A stretch of 63,732 nucleotides of DNA, filler included, from Sphacelaria rigidula (Eukaryota): the NCBI GenBank assembly GCA_964200075.2. It is 11 parts of 11 records of this genome, joined end to end, with 100 filler letters (N's around TTAATTAATTAA, not from the genome) between each part and the next. Parts side by side here need not be neighbours in the genome. Positions count along the whole stretch, not along the records: positions 1 to 5,704 come from CAXNAA020025118.1; positions 5,805 to 11,507 come from CAXNAA020025119.1; 9 more parts are not named here. One strand, written 5' to 3'. Below are positions 1 to 11,507 of this stretch, piece after piece; within the stretch, counting starts at the first letter, position 1, and every line of letters starts with the position of its first letter. The position numbers were made by a program, and so were the translations under genes. The notes beneath the pieces are model-generated. The model saw only the letters and a list, made by a program, of their open reading frames with translations. It did not search any database and was not told the origin of the DNA.

Positions 1-1469
1 GGGGGGGGGGGGTGTAGGCCCGCCCGTTTTTGGAAGAAAAGTGGTGCCCTCTACCGTCCGCTTCATGGGCAGTTCGGAATGTCCCCCCCCCCCCCCCCAC
101 TGCGCTTCCCCTCTCCCGAATCCTTCGAGGCAAGAAACTGTGATGAGACAAGAATGGAGAACAAAGGCATTTTTCACCATCTTGTTTTACTGTTTCGAGT
201 ATTACCCCCTCTTGCTGTTTCTATTTCTGCTGTATCCGCATCCTCTGGCGAAGGGTGCGACTGATCATATGCACAGCATGCAAACAGAGGGCGGGAGCGT
301 CAGAAACGCGCACAAACACGGCTGCGCGAATTTTTGACCAATCTCCATTAAATCTGTGCGCCGGACGATGAGAATAGTGGGGTTGGTCTGTGATGTCAGT
401 GCTGTCGTAGATGGCAGGGGACAAGAGTTCGATAATCTCCTGGTAACGGAAATAAGAGCGTAGTATAAACATCTCGAAAAGGACGACGCCACACAGTAAG
501 CGATCCTGGCCAAAGTGCTGAAACAATCTCGTCTGCGTGCAACCAATGGGCGTGCGCGGGATGTGTCGTCGACCGGAATTCCGAGTGTCATTGTATTTGC
601 TACTTGCGTTTCATTCCTTCTACTGTACCTTTCGTTTGTGTCTCGACTTCATTCAGCATGGGGCGCATGTTTTTCAAGCATGTGTTCCCAATATTTCTAG
701 GCGCCTGCGAACGGAGTAGTGGGGATCGAGTGCAGTACAGTAAAGGACACAGTACAGCACAAAACATCATATACGGCACAGAACACAGAACGACGCAGAC
801 AGTGCAGAGCGGAATCTCTACTGCTGCGAGGACTTCGAGGTTGGGGAGATGGGAGGAAGAATTCGAGAGGAGGAAACTAATCCGCAGTTGATGAGGTCTA
901 CGGAGCTTGGTCAATGTTGAGGTCTCCGAATGGGATTCGTATGCAGTGCGTGTGTTGCAGCAGCAGTCACGGCGTGGGGGAGAGAGCGGGGGGCGGGGCG
1001 GAGAATGATTGCTTGCTCGAGTGTTTGGTTGACCGCACATTCACTGATCCGCTGAGAATCCAGCCGTGGCCACGGGGAGATTGACCTACACGAAAGGCGA
1101 ACCCTTGAATATAAAAAACACTCGCAGGAGGAAAACTCGAGAGGAGAGGAGAACATTTCAAGAAGGGAAGTGGGTGGTGAGGCGCCAACAATGAGTCATG
1201 CACGTCCTCATGACACGGGCACATTCTTTTGAACATGGCTGCTGTCTGCTTCTCCTGTCGTTCATGTTGCGCAGTATCATCTTTATTTTGTTTTTTTCTG
1301 GTGTTATGGTGAAGGTGCCGTGTTCACGACGTGGTGGGTTGATTTGAAATTTGCTGGGTGCTGTTTTTTTTTCACGTTGAAGTCATCACGTAAACCCGGT
1401 GGTGAAGCGCAACGGTGACCTTGAAACGGTGCAAGGACAGTTTTTCGAGACGGTCGAGCGGGGGACGAA

Positions 1470-1497
<28 letters not shown>
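1470..1497. repeat. (GA)n microsatellite
   Basis: Direct reading of gagagaga run. Confidence 0.9.
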
Positions 1498-1503
<6 letters not shown>

Positions 1504-4275
1504 AGAGTCGAAGCTTGGTTGGAGGGCGGCTGTGGTCATGATATTGCATCCCGTAGCCATGAGGCCGTGTGACCTCGTATCCCTACAAAGCCGGGAGAGA
1601 GCACGCCAGGCTCTCGCCAGACTAGGCTCGCAATCAATCACCAGGCCCGAAGGGCCGTGATGTGTTCGGCGAGCGCATGAAGAGTGAGCTTCATCGTGCT
1701 AACAGTTCGGCCCGAAGCGTATCGATTATCTTGCGTATGGACGACAACCTACAACGGGTTGCTTCATCTCTTTGGTATCATCACTTCCATAGACAGCCAT
1801 GGGATACACTCTTCTTCATACGCGTACGTGTGTCATGCTGCGAAACGGGCGCGTACCGTTGGGGGGCGGGGGTGTACTCGTGATCTTGCATGCCCTTACG
1901 GTACGCACGGGAGGGTAGGACTTACTCATTCGTGGTGTGTCAGGTCGGTGCGTCGTCGATGCAATGTTTTCGCCGTTGTCGTACTCTACAGTAGTAGTAC
2001 TGCGGTAGTACTCAGGCGCTCCAGTCCTTTTGTTGCCCCCCTCTTTTTTTTCTATTATATTTTTTTATTTCAGCAGTTTGGTGTCGTGGAAGTGTTCAAG
2101 TGATGATCGAAACAAGTCCTCTCCGTATCGTCGAGAAAAGACGGGCGGGCTGATTTTAATGGGGCAGGATTGCACGAGAAAGAGAGGGAGAGGAGGGGAA
2201 GGAGGAAGGAATGGTGAGGTTGTGATACTTTCGTTTTATGCTGGAGTTCTGTGTACACCTATACGTGTGTTGTCACTTTATTGCTTTGCTTTTCGTATTG
2301 CGTTTCGGAGGAACTGTAAGGCGTAGATAGATGACATTCCAGAGAGTTATCCCATAGTGTGGGCAGGTGCGGCAGCACGTGAACGGCGGGCGGGGATGAC
2401 GGGGCTGCAGTGTAGTCACCTCTTGCCCAAGGAGTCACTTTGATGCATCGTTCCCTAGAGCAAAAAATATCATCGGCGTACTCTCGATAACAACACGCTA
2501 TCATTACGCACATTTCTCTTCACGCCGCGTTCAGCCACACGAACCTATCCTTCATGAGAAAACGTACAAGTAAGTAGTGTATCAAGTTGTGTGCAACTCG
2601 CCCCGGAGAAGCTCTCCTGTTTTTCGTGCAAACGTTCCGTCGCCTCATGGCCGAAAATGACGAGTACGTGTGGCAGTTATGAAGCAGGGTTCAAATCACC
2701 AACGCATGCAGGGAGGAATTCGTGGAGTCGCAGCTACCATGATGCCTGACTCGTGCGAAGCATGCGTCGTGTACACGATACTCTAGGATACTTCTGATCA
2801 TTGACGAGAATATACGTGATGCAAGTGACTGTGGCCCCCTTCTGTGGAATTCATTCGTTGAGGCCTTGTCAGGTATATGTTCGTTTCCCCATACGTATGT
2901 CAGCCCGATCGCTTGGATGTTCCGCATTACGACCTGGCGCGCCCGTGGATTCATACTGCATAGCGTAGGTGGCCTCACGGTATCATTCACTCGGTTTCCG
3001 TGCTTTTGACCTATGCTGCGTTGGCCATCGTGAAAACGCCTGTACAGCGCAGTCATGCTAGGATAGGGTGGGGTGTTTTGGACCCCTTGATGCCCGAAAT
3101 TCAATGTCAAATCGTGGTGGCAAGCAACATCGATTGTTTGAACGAGCTTGTTATAGATAGATGACGTCCATTCATACTGCTTGACACCGTTTTGAACCAA
3201 ATACAAGCGCACGGCGAGTGTGGCAGGTCGCCTGACACACCTATGGGCCTCTTCTCGTGCAGTCACCCCCCCCCCCCCCCCCCCCACGCGCCGCGCCCCC
3301 CTGCCTCCTCCGACACCGCGACACACCAGGCNNNNNNNNNNTTTGAAACCAAAAAACCCCGCGGGGCGGCGTGGGGGCGCCCCCCCCCCCACTTTGTCGC
3401 CCCTTCTTTTACCCCCCCCCCCCCCCCCCCCCCCCGGCCCTATCGTAGGATGACTCTGCATAAAAATATCACACTTATGGTTCGCGCTCCGAGGTCCCGA
3501 GGGGATGTGATACGTGCATGACTGGACACGGGACGTGAATGTCGACATGTACATCACTATTGGCGATGAGACCCACGTGAGCAGAAGGCGTAGTAGTAGG
3601 TAGACAAAACCTGTAGGTGGGTGAACGTAACATGTGCGTAAATGTTATCAAGAGACCAATGTACTACTGTTGCTGCGAGGGAGCGTGCTTGCTCGGAGGC
3701 ACTTTGTCCTCACTACAAATGTCACCCCCGCAGGAGACGCGGTAAAACGTGTGCCATGGATACTCCTGTTGTCTTGGAACAACCAAATAGAACGACTATT
3801 TTTATATTCTCAACAATACGCACAGCAAGGTAAACACAACCAACCTCTGTATCTGCTTTATCGACAACAAACCCGGGATTTAACAGATTGCATATGTTTT
3901 GTGTTTTGAGGGTGAGCCTTGAGGACCTTCGTAAGCATCGACATATATGAGAAAAAAAGGAAAGTACTCTTCGGCCGTCATGTGTGACCTCGCTCATCCA
4001 CATAGCACAAGATAATCTACTCGCAAATGTAAAGTTCCGTGGTGTATACCGAACAAGGTTGACCTCTGTGCATTCCTGTACAAAAAAACGGTTCTTTCCT
4101 GTGAAATTTGACGGCGGATATATTTTTTCGAGGATAGGTGAGGCTGCACATCGAAGTCGGAGTGTGTACTCGCACTTATTCCAATTTTCAAGTTGGTTGT
4201 TGTCTCGGGCCATTTCAGATTCGGCATTGGATTTCTGTGACAGAAAAGTGTCTCGTTTTTTTCAGAATATATTTT

Positions 4276-4448
4276 TCAGAATCAATAATAACTTTTCAAG
4301 AACCAATCATAACTTAACAAAAACCAATCATAACTTTACAAGAACCAGTCATAGCTTTACAGAAACCAATCATAACTTTACAAGAACCAATCACAACTTT
4401 ACAAGAACCAATCATAACTTTTCAAGAACCAATCAGAACTTCACAAGA
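4276..4448. repeat. 21-bp minisatellite, ~8 units (consensus CAAGAACCAATCATAACTTTA)
   Basis: Tandem near-identical 21-nt units, seen as the RTNHNFT repeat in ORF 3984-4520. Confidence 0.9.
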
Positions 4449-4501
4449 TCCTGGTCAAAACGTGACCCCTCCCACATACTTTCATCCCCATTGTTAAAAT
4501 A

Positions 4502-5640
4502 CAGAAGTCCTAGGCCCTGACTTCTAAGGCATGCCTTACCTTTTGCCTTAGAGCCCTTTTTCAGAAAGGGGTTGCCTAAGAGGGGGTTATGGTGCCTTAG
4601 ATGCCTTGTTTGGGTGAGGCAAGCCTCGGTATCACGAAAACGGGAATAAGGCAAGCAGAAACAAACGCCTACTTTTTTTATACAGAGTGGGTTTAGGGTT
4701 ATTTCTAGTACGGGCCCACTTTTTTTGAAAATCACACAGCGACAAGCAGACAGCAGGCCATCTTCAACATCAAGCTACTGTACTGCACTGCTGTGCAGTC
4801 GCCTACTGCTACTAGGATACCACCATTCTGACAGTCCAGCGGGATCATGTCTACGGTAGAGGGTCGAAGCGCTGCTAGTTCTGCAGCTGCTGCATCGTCC
4901 ACCGCTCCAGCTGCCGCTCCCGCTGCCGCTTCCGAGACACCGCTGCAGCATCCGAGACACCGCTGCAGCATCCGGAAGCGCAGCCACCTGCAGCAGCCCC
5001 GTCCCTGGTCCTTGTCCAAAACAAATTTCAATCCCAACTAACCATCGATCCACTCATCCATCCTCAAACAATCTTGAATGAATAAATAAATTCATTACTA
5101 TATATATATAACAATGATAAATTAATCTACTCATATTTCTTTTATAAGTAAAAAATATTTTTCAAGCCTCGCTTTAATACGCTTTTGTAGCGCAAATTAG
5201 GCGCGCTTTATGCGCCTCATTCCCGTCCTTGTTATGGTGTCACAATATTTAATTCATTAATTCATAAATGTATCATTATATATGTAATAATAAGAAAAAT
5301 AATAATAAAGATCGTACAGAGTAGCAGAAATCAAGAACGGTTGAGTTTGGTCTTGAAATGGAAATATTCTTCGATACTTTAATTATGGCACCAGTAACTC
5401 TTTTTTATCATTCCAGACATGAAATAAATGTTGCACGCATGGGCGCATGCACGTGCTACGTGCTACGCGTAACACTCGTACTTTCATTTGCACCACAGAT
5501 GGGGCTCAGCCGGGCTTGCCTAGAGTGAACAATGAGCAAAACGGAACAAAGGCAAATTTAAGGCAGATCTAAGGCATCATGCCTCGTCCATTTAAGGCAT
5601 CTAAGGCATGAAATTGGGTCTAAGGCATTGCCTGAGCAAT
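4502..5640. mobile_element. Putative non-autonomous DNA transposon with inverted subterminal TGCCTTA/TAAGGCA motif clusters
   Basis: Left end starts CAGAAGTC, the same as the TIR of 58854-60606. Mostly TGCCTTA motifs at 4520-4620 and TAAGGCA motifs at 5555-5630, with an AT-rich interior. The right terminus is not cleanly defined. Confidence 0.45.
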
Positions 5641-5704
5641 GCTACAGTAGGGGTGCACTTTTTTCGCGAAATTCTGTCTGGTTCAGGGGCTCCTAACGAT
5701 TCTA

Positions 5705-5804
5705 NNNNNNNNNNNNNNNNNNNNNNNNNNNNNNNNNNNNNNNNNNNNTTAATTAATTAANNNNNNNNNNNNNNNNNNNNNNNNNNNNNNNNNNNNNNNN
5801 NNNN
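5705..5804. other. Artificial contig-joining spacer (N44-TTAATTAATTAA-N44); identical spacers at 11508-11607, 17311-17410, 23114-23213, 28917-29016, 34720-34819, 40523-40622, 46326-46425, 52129-52228, 57931-58030
   Basis: The same 100-nt motif, with stops in all six frames, recurs every ~5803 nt. Intervening segments are 5704, 5703 (x8) and 5702 (x2) nt, i.e. size-sorted contigs. Confidence 0.98.
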
Positions 5805-7859
5805 CGGTTGAACCGGCAAAGGGGTAGTTGAAGTGGCCGGCAACCCCGGCGTGGCCGTCAGAGCCGGCGGTGTTGCTGTGGAAGCTGTAGGTGCCGCTGT
5901 GGCCCCGCTACGAATTAGACGTGAGGCCATTGCTCTTTCGATCGAGAGAGTATGTCCAGAGATGACTCTAGTTGGAAAAGCTGCCTCCGCACGGGTCTTG
6001 ATGGTAGGGGCTAGCTTGAGGTCGACATAATCGATAGTGGGGCAGTCGGTGTCCTTTCGAAGTGGAATCTTGAACGGCCCGACGTCCAAGTACGACTGCT
6101 TGGCGACAACCGTGTTAACCCCCTTGAGTGCTGCCGTACCTCCCGAAATCGGGTGACGCCCTAGCCCCGGCACGTCTATGGCCGGCAGGTAGATGTGGTG
6201 GGCCGTGCCGCGGTCGTCGATGGCGCTCACGATGAGAGTGCCCATGCTGACTCCGACGAGAGTGTTGTTGCCGGCGACGGCGATCGTCACTGGCGGGTCG
6301 AGCCGGACGAAGTCGTACATGCGCGATTCGATGTCCTTGATAAGGTGGCTGTCAACGAAGTGTGACGAAGCTCCGCAGTCCGACGTCATGGTTAACTGGA
6401 CTGGATCTGGAGTAGGAGAGCCGGCTGCCAGGAAAGAGTAGCCAATGCCGGGCGGGGGGGCGGTAGACAGGTTGTTATATGGTGTAATCGTCGCTGACGG
6501 CGCGGGCGTAGCCGCTGCCGCTGGAGGTGGAGCCGGGGGTGGAGCCGGGGGTGGAGCTGTTGCTGTAGTCGTAGAGTCCACGGTGACAGCCGTGTTGGCG
6601 TGTCCTGAGGTCGATCCTCCGCCACTCCGGCGTCCGTTGTTGTTGCTGCGGTTCCGGCCTCCGCCGCTGTTGCTGCCGCCGCCGCCGTTGTTGTTGTTAT
6701 TCTGGCCTCCGCTGCCATTGCCGCCGCCACCGTTGCGACCGGCTCCGTCGGTCCCGTTGGAGCCGCCGTTCCTTTGTCGTTGCTGCTTCATGCAGTCGGC
6801 GTTGTCGTGGAGATGCGTTTTGTGGTAGCTGCACCACCAGTTGCTTCTCCGGCCAGATGTGGATGGCGAGCCAGCGTCGCGATCACGTTGCAGGATGAAA
6901 CAGGACGATTTGTTGTGTCCAGGCTTGTTGCAGTAATCGCACGTACCCCGAAACGATGGAGTCGCAGTCATAGCGGACTCGCGCCCTTCTGTGCGCGGTG
7001 GCGCCGAGAATTCGCCCCGCGCCACACGACTGGCGAACATGTTCCGAGCAGTGGTCTCGATCTCTTCGAGCGTCATCTCGGGGTCCTTCTCCGCTGCGAA
7101 GCGAAGTGTCTCGTATTCACCAGTCAGGCTCTCGAGAATGAAGTCCTGCATGCGGGCGTCCGATACGGGCTCGTTGATCTGTTCGAGCTCGTCCAGCTTT
7201 TGATGCATGGCCAGGATGTACTCGTCTGGGTCTTGATTGGGCGCCATAAGATGTTGCTGGAGACCCCGCATCCAAATGGGCCGTCTTTGTGACGAAGGAT
7301 TGAGGTATTTCTTGTTCAGAGCAATCCACGCAGCTTGGCCGTTCGGCTTCTGGCCCTCGCGCGCGGCAAGGCTACTGACGAAGCTGTCGGCCGCTCCCTT
7401 GGTGGAGAGCAGGAGGACACTGAAGAGCTCCCTGTTGTAGCCATCCCACGCGTTCAGATCTGCTCGGTTGCTGATCGTCGTATCGGCGAACAGGTCGTCG
7501 GTAGGGACTGTTGACGCTTGAATTTCCGCGGAGCGCCCGCCGGGCAGGCCGCCCTCAGCTCCGCTGGCCTCGGTTCCTCCGGTCCTCCCGGAGTCAGCGC
7601 TGGCGCCGGTGTCGCCCCCTGAGCCTCTCGTCCTGCGGGTTGAGACGGCTGGGGTGGTCGCAGTCCTCTGCAGAGTCCTGCACTCGTAGGTGACGGCGGG
7701 TCGAGGCTCGCCGTCCAGAATCCGAGAAATTTCGGGATGAAGAAGGTCAGCCGTTGCGCGGAGTGTCCTCCGCCACGGCACGAAGTGGTGACCATCGAAC
7801 TTGCTGATACTCCTGATGAGTTGAATAGCCGCCGAAGTGGACTCTTCCACGATAGGCAC
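5805..7859 (-). CDS. gag-pol: Ty1/copia retrotransposon Gag-protease polyprotein, 3'-truncated by contig end
   Basis: ~685 open codons. Copia gag helical region (GQAAWIALNKKYL...QDPDEYI...ILESLTGEYETL), CCHC knuckle CDYCNKPGHNKSSC, a second CHHC-type motif CSYHKTHLHDNADC, and aspartic protease motif SDCGASSHF. The start is GTG, with no in-frame ATG upstream. Confidence 0.92.
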
Positions 7860-8029
7860 TGGCGGTTGAACTAGAAGTAGTCGAAGATGGAAATGATATC
7901 TCGTCGAAATTATTCTAGACGAAAATCTCCGGAGAATAGAGGTGCTCCCTCGGAGGTGCTCCCTCGGAGGATGCGGCTTGAAGTGACGGACCTAGAAGAA
8001 CGTCGATGCGGTGTGCTGATCACGATCGA

Positions 8030-8040
8030 GGCTCACAGCC
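8030..8040 (-). promoter_or_regulatory. Primer binding site (variant of the half-tRNAiMet PBS GGTTATGAGCCC)
   Basis: The minus strand reads GGCTGTGAGCC immediately after the LTR-terminal CA. Confidence 0.6.
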
Positions 8041-8424
8041 TGGGAGAACGAGGTAGTCCTTGATGTGGCGTGATATCTCAAGGAGATGCACAAAGCCAGC
8101 ACGAAGTGGCGGTAAAGCATACTTGCTGGTCGAAAAGACTGATGTTGGAAATTGGCGCTTATGTGGCCGAGAATCTCAGTGAAGAGAGTGGAGAAGAAAA
8201 AGAGAGTGAGAGGGTGTGGGGGCAACCCACAAGCACCCTCGGACCAATGCGCTACGCCTAAGTTCTTACTTATGAGAATATTCTTACTTGTGAGAATCGT
8301 CCAATAAGAATCTTCTGACTTATGAGAATATTCTTACTTATGAGAACCCTACGACTTTACATTAACCCGACAGAACTCTAGAACAAAGTAATGAGAATCC
8401 TAGAGTCTTTACATTAACCCGACA
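8041..8424 (-). mobile_element. 5' LTR of the copia element (~384 bp)
   Basis: Minus strand TGTCGGGTT...TTCTCCCA (TG..CA ends), abutting the PBS upstream of gag. Internal short repeats TTCTTACTTATGAGAAT and CTTTACATTAACCCGACA. No second LTR is available for confirmation. Confidence 0.65.
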
Positions 8425-10634
8425 GAGACGGAAGCTCCGCTACCAATCTTAGAACAGTTGCAATCCTCTGAGGATGCGGAAGTTGTACTGCTATGTACCC
8501 CGTATGAGCGACTATCGAAATAAGAGACCAATGACACATCAGTTGTTCTTACAGTGGCATGCCTTAAAGCTCATGTAAAACGCCACCTGCGAAAATATCA
8601 CGAACGTACTGCAGTGTTTACCCTGTGGCAAAGACTGCTGAACATCGGGTGTTTCTGTACATTTTTTTTGCCAGCGCCACCACCTTTTTTATCCTTTTTT
8701 GGCGGCGGTGTATGCATGGTACGAAAACGATATTGTTGCGTTCCCTTTTTCCAGAAAATAACAATCCAACCCCATTCAATCCCAACCCCAAACCCAAACC
8801 TTATCAAATATTCCTGAACATGAACTGTCCCGACGCGCAATTATAAATATTATATAATCCAATATTTCGGGATGGGGGTTGGAGTTGGGTCGGGGTGGGA
8901 TGGTTTGGATTATCACTTTTTGGGACATGGCAACACAATATAGTATAGATAACCTCAATTACAAATCATTTTTGTAGCGACGCACACATCATACACTTGA
9001 TAACGCCATACAAGAGTAACTACGTGTCATGCCGCCTTTTCTTTCTCACGGTAGGTGTCGACGAGCTGTAGGCTGCGCAGAGGAAAGATCTCCGACAAGT
9101 TGTCTGTACGACAGGCTTCCGGGACAGGCCCGGATGCGGCAGCGAGCAAGGTGGCGACACAGGGTGCGACCGACGAGGCCGCACCATCATCTCACGAGTC
9201 GGATAAAGACGGCAAATTTACCTTTGGTCGTGACGACGCAGGGTTGTCTCCCCCCGATGCCGACAGTCAGTGCGTATTCTAACCCGACGCCGGCGACGGA
9301 GATAACTCTAAAAACAACGAAGAAGACGACTTGTAAACTCAGGCGATGGTTGTTCTCGGCGCAGCATATCCATCGATCGTGCTGACCAGGGGGCGAGGAT
9401 GCGCGGGCACACCCTCCCGGTTTCGGTAGCCGCGGTGCAATAGCCATCGAGGGAGAGAGCAAAGCGCCTCCATTCTACGACGTCATCAGCCGGGACTAAG
9501 TAGAGTGGCAACGTCACGACGCCACACCATGTTTTCAAAATGGCGAGGACAGGCTTCTGCGAGTGTCGATTTTGTTTCATGGGCGACATTTAGGGACCTA
9601 CGATTGAGGGAGGGGCAGCACGTTTTGCGCCCCGAGTATGCTGCCTTTGTGAATTGTTATGAGTTCGAGTGATCATGTGTCTCTTGCGCCGCGGAGCTTC
9701 ATGGAATTGTTGGCGGTACCATGGTTCACACGATGACTCTCGAACTGTAATCGTACAATGTGATGAGTGGGGCGTTCTCGTAGTATGCCGCAATCGCTAT
9801 CTTGTGTTTGAGCTGGACGGGTTTGTACATGTGAGCAGACGAACGTTATGAGAGTGATTACAGGAGAAGAAGCCCGTGGTACATTTTGTTTTTTTTGGGG
9901 GGGGGTGTTGTGATAGAACCGATAAATCACGGTGAGTGATACATCTTGTCTCACGTAGTTGATATATATGTGTGTATGTATATATGTGATTCCGGAGATG
10001 ATTGGATAAAAATATATGAACGTACACAGCTACGGCTCAACCATATTACATGGGGCGGCACGTCTCAGCAGTAGTTGCCATGTCCGGGTCTCGCCTTGCT
10101 CATGGTCCGCCGAACGGGGCTGTCCACGTCCTAGCGTTGTAAATGGCATCCGCGGTTGTTACGGAGGACAAGACTCGACCTTGCACACGGCCCGACTTCG
10201 GAATATCCTCGGCAGGGTCCATCCTCAATGAAGCTTCCTGAATATGTTCCACCCGGCACAACGTTCGACGTTGTCCACGGTCCGCAGTCTCGGACACCTT
10301 GGTAGATGACATGATTTATCGGGGTCTTGTGAAAAACGCAAACTTGGCGGTGTACTCTCCCCTATACTCGGGAGGGGTTCATCCTTGCACAGGTTTCAAC
10401 GAAATCTGTCTCCTTGCACAAGGTCTCATGCTGTGCAGGGTCCGCACATTTGGATACCCTAGTAGGTGGTGGTAACTTTCAAGGTCGTCTCAAGAATGAA
10501 CCTTGACAGGCATCGCCCCCTACACACTGTGCAGGGTCTCTTCCGTGGCCCGTGGCGAAGGATGGATATTTTGGTATTTTGTATTATTGGAGGGTGCCTA
10601 GACTGAGTTGACCCCATGACTGAGGGATCAGATA

Positions 10635-10785
10635 TTGAGTGGGCTCAGCGGGCGGCGTTGCAGCTACTGTGAGCAGGGTGCTGTTGTCACACACACTCGA
10701 CGACCAGTACCCGCACGTCCGCATGAATCTATCCGCACGTATGCATGTTTACTCGGTGTACCTGTTCACATGAACACCCCCTCTG
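10635..10785 (-). mobile_element. Probable polypurine tract and start of the 3' LTR of the RNase H-bearing copia element
   Basis: Minus strand AGAGGGGG followed by TGTTCATG at 10776, ~300 nt after the pol stop. The far LTR boundary is unknown. Confidence 0.45.
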
Positions 10786-11071
10786 AACCGGTACATCGGT
10801 CGTCGTGGCTTCCTCTCTCTCTCAATAAAACAAATTCAAGGGGGAAACCCGGCCATCCGGGCAAAACCCCCTCCCGTCAACAGCTTGTGCTCCATCTAGA
10901 TAATCCATGGACGCCGGTCAAGGCAGATACACGACCTGTCAGGAAACGCCCTACAGAACCCACGCCCCTCAAAGTAGCGTGGGTGGCTTAACCCAAAATG
11001 CGCATAAATGCATCACTTGAACATCTATGAATACCCGGTACGAGCACAATGGTACACACAAAAAAACGGAC

Positions 11072-11507
11072 CTACTTGTCACCTTCCAAGTTCATCAAAA
11101 AACGTCTGTGCCTCGTAAACAGGCTGATCAAAAGAGGCTTCGTCAAAATATCTGCATGCTGCCATCCTGAGCCTACATGTACAACCCTGACCTTTTCCGT
11201 CCCCACCAGCTCTCGAATGAAGTGATATCTCACGTCTATGTGCTTACTCCTCTGAGAACTAAGAGGAGTTTCGGCCAGAGCCTTTGCTCCCTCGTTGTCC
11301 TCGTACAAAATAATTCCTCGGTTTTCCCTGCTTCCCGACACGGTCTGCGGTCGCAAGAACGTCAACACACATTCACAAACAATCCCTCCTTTGCCCCCTC
11401 GGCCATTGCAACGTATTCTACCTCCGTAGTTGACAGAGTTACGCAGTGTTGCGTGCGGCTCGTTGCCGACACTACCACACCACCGTACATCACGGCTACC
11501 CCTGAAA
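11072..11507 (-). pseudogene. Ty1/copia Pol RNase H C-terminus with one frameshift
   Basis: SRTQHCVTLSTTEVEYVAMAEGAKE / YEDNEGAKALA / RSKHIDVRYHFIRE / QHADILTKPL are copia RNase H motifs. Frame change near 11370. Confidence 0.9.

Noticed and set aside
2580..3200. Possible Ulp1-like DCG motif and long minus-strand ORF 2691-3557
   Set aside because: Single short motif in stop-ridden frames; the long ORF spans an N gap and poly-C runs
3984..4520. ORF with repeated NxT/S sequons (NHNFTRT)
   Set aside because: Open frame is a by-product of a 21-bp minisatellite; no signal peptide or splice support
5833..7795. Overlapping antisense ORFs within gag
   Set aside because: Shadow ORFs of a GC-rich coding strand
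10190..10330. Chromodomain-like fragment (GWNIFRKLH*GW/PAEDIP) on minus strand
   Set aside because: Needs a stop and frameshifts; too weak without a search
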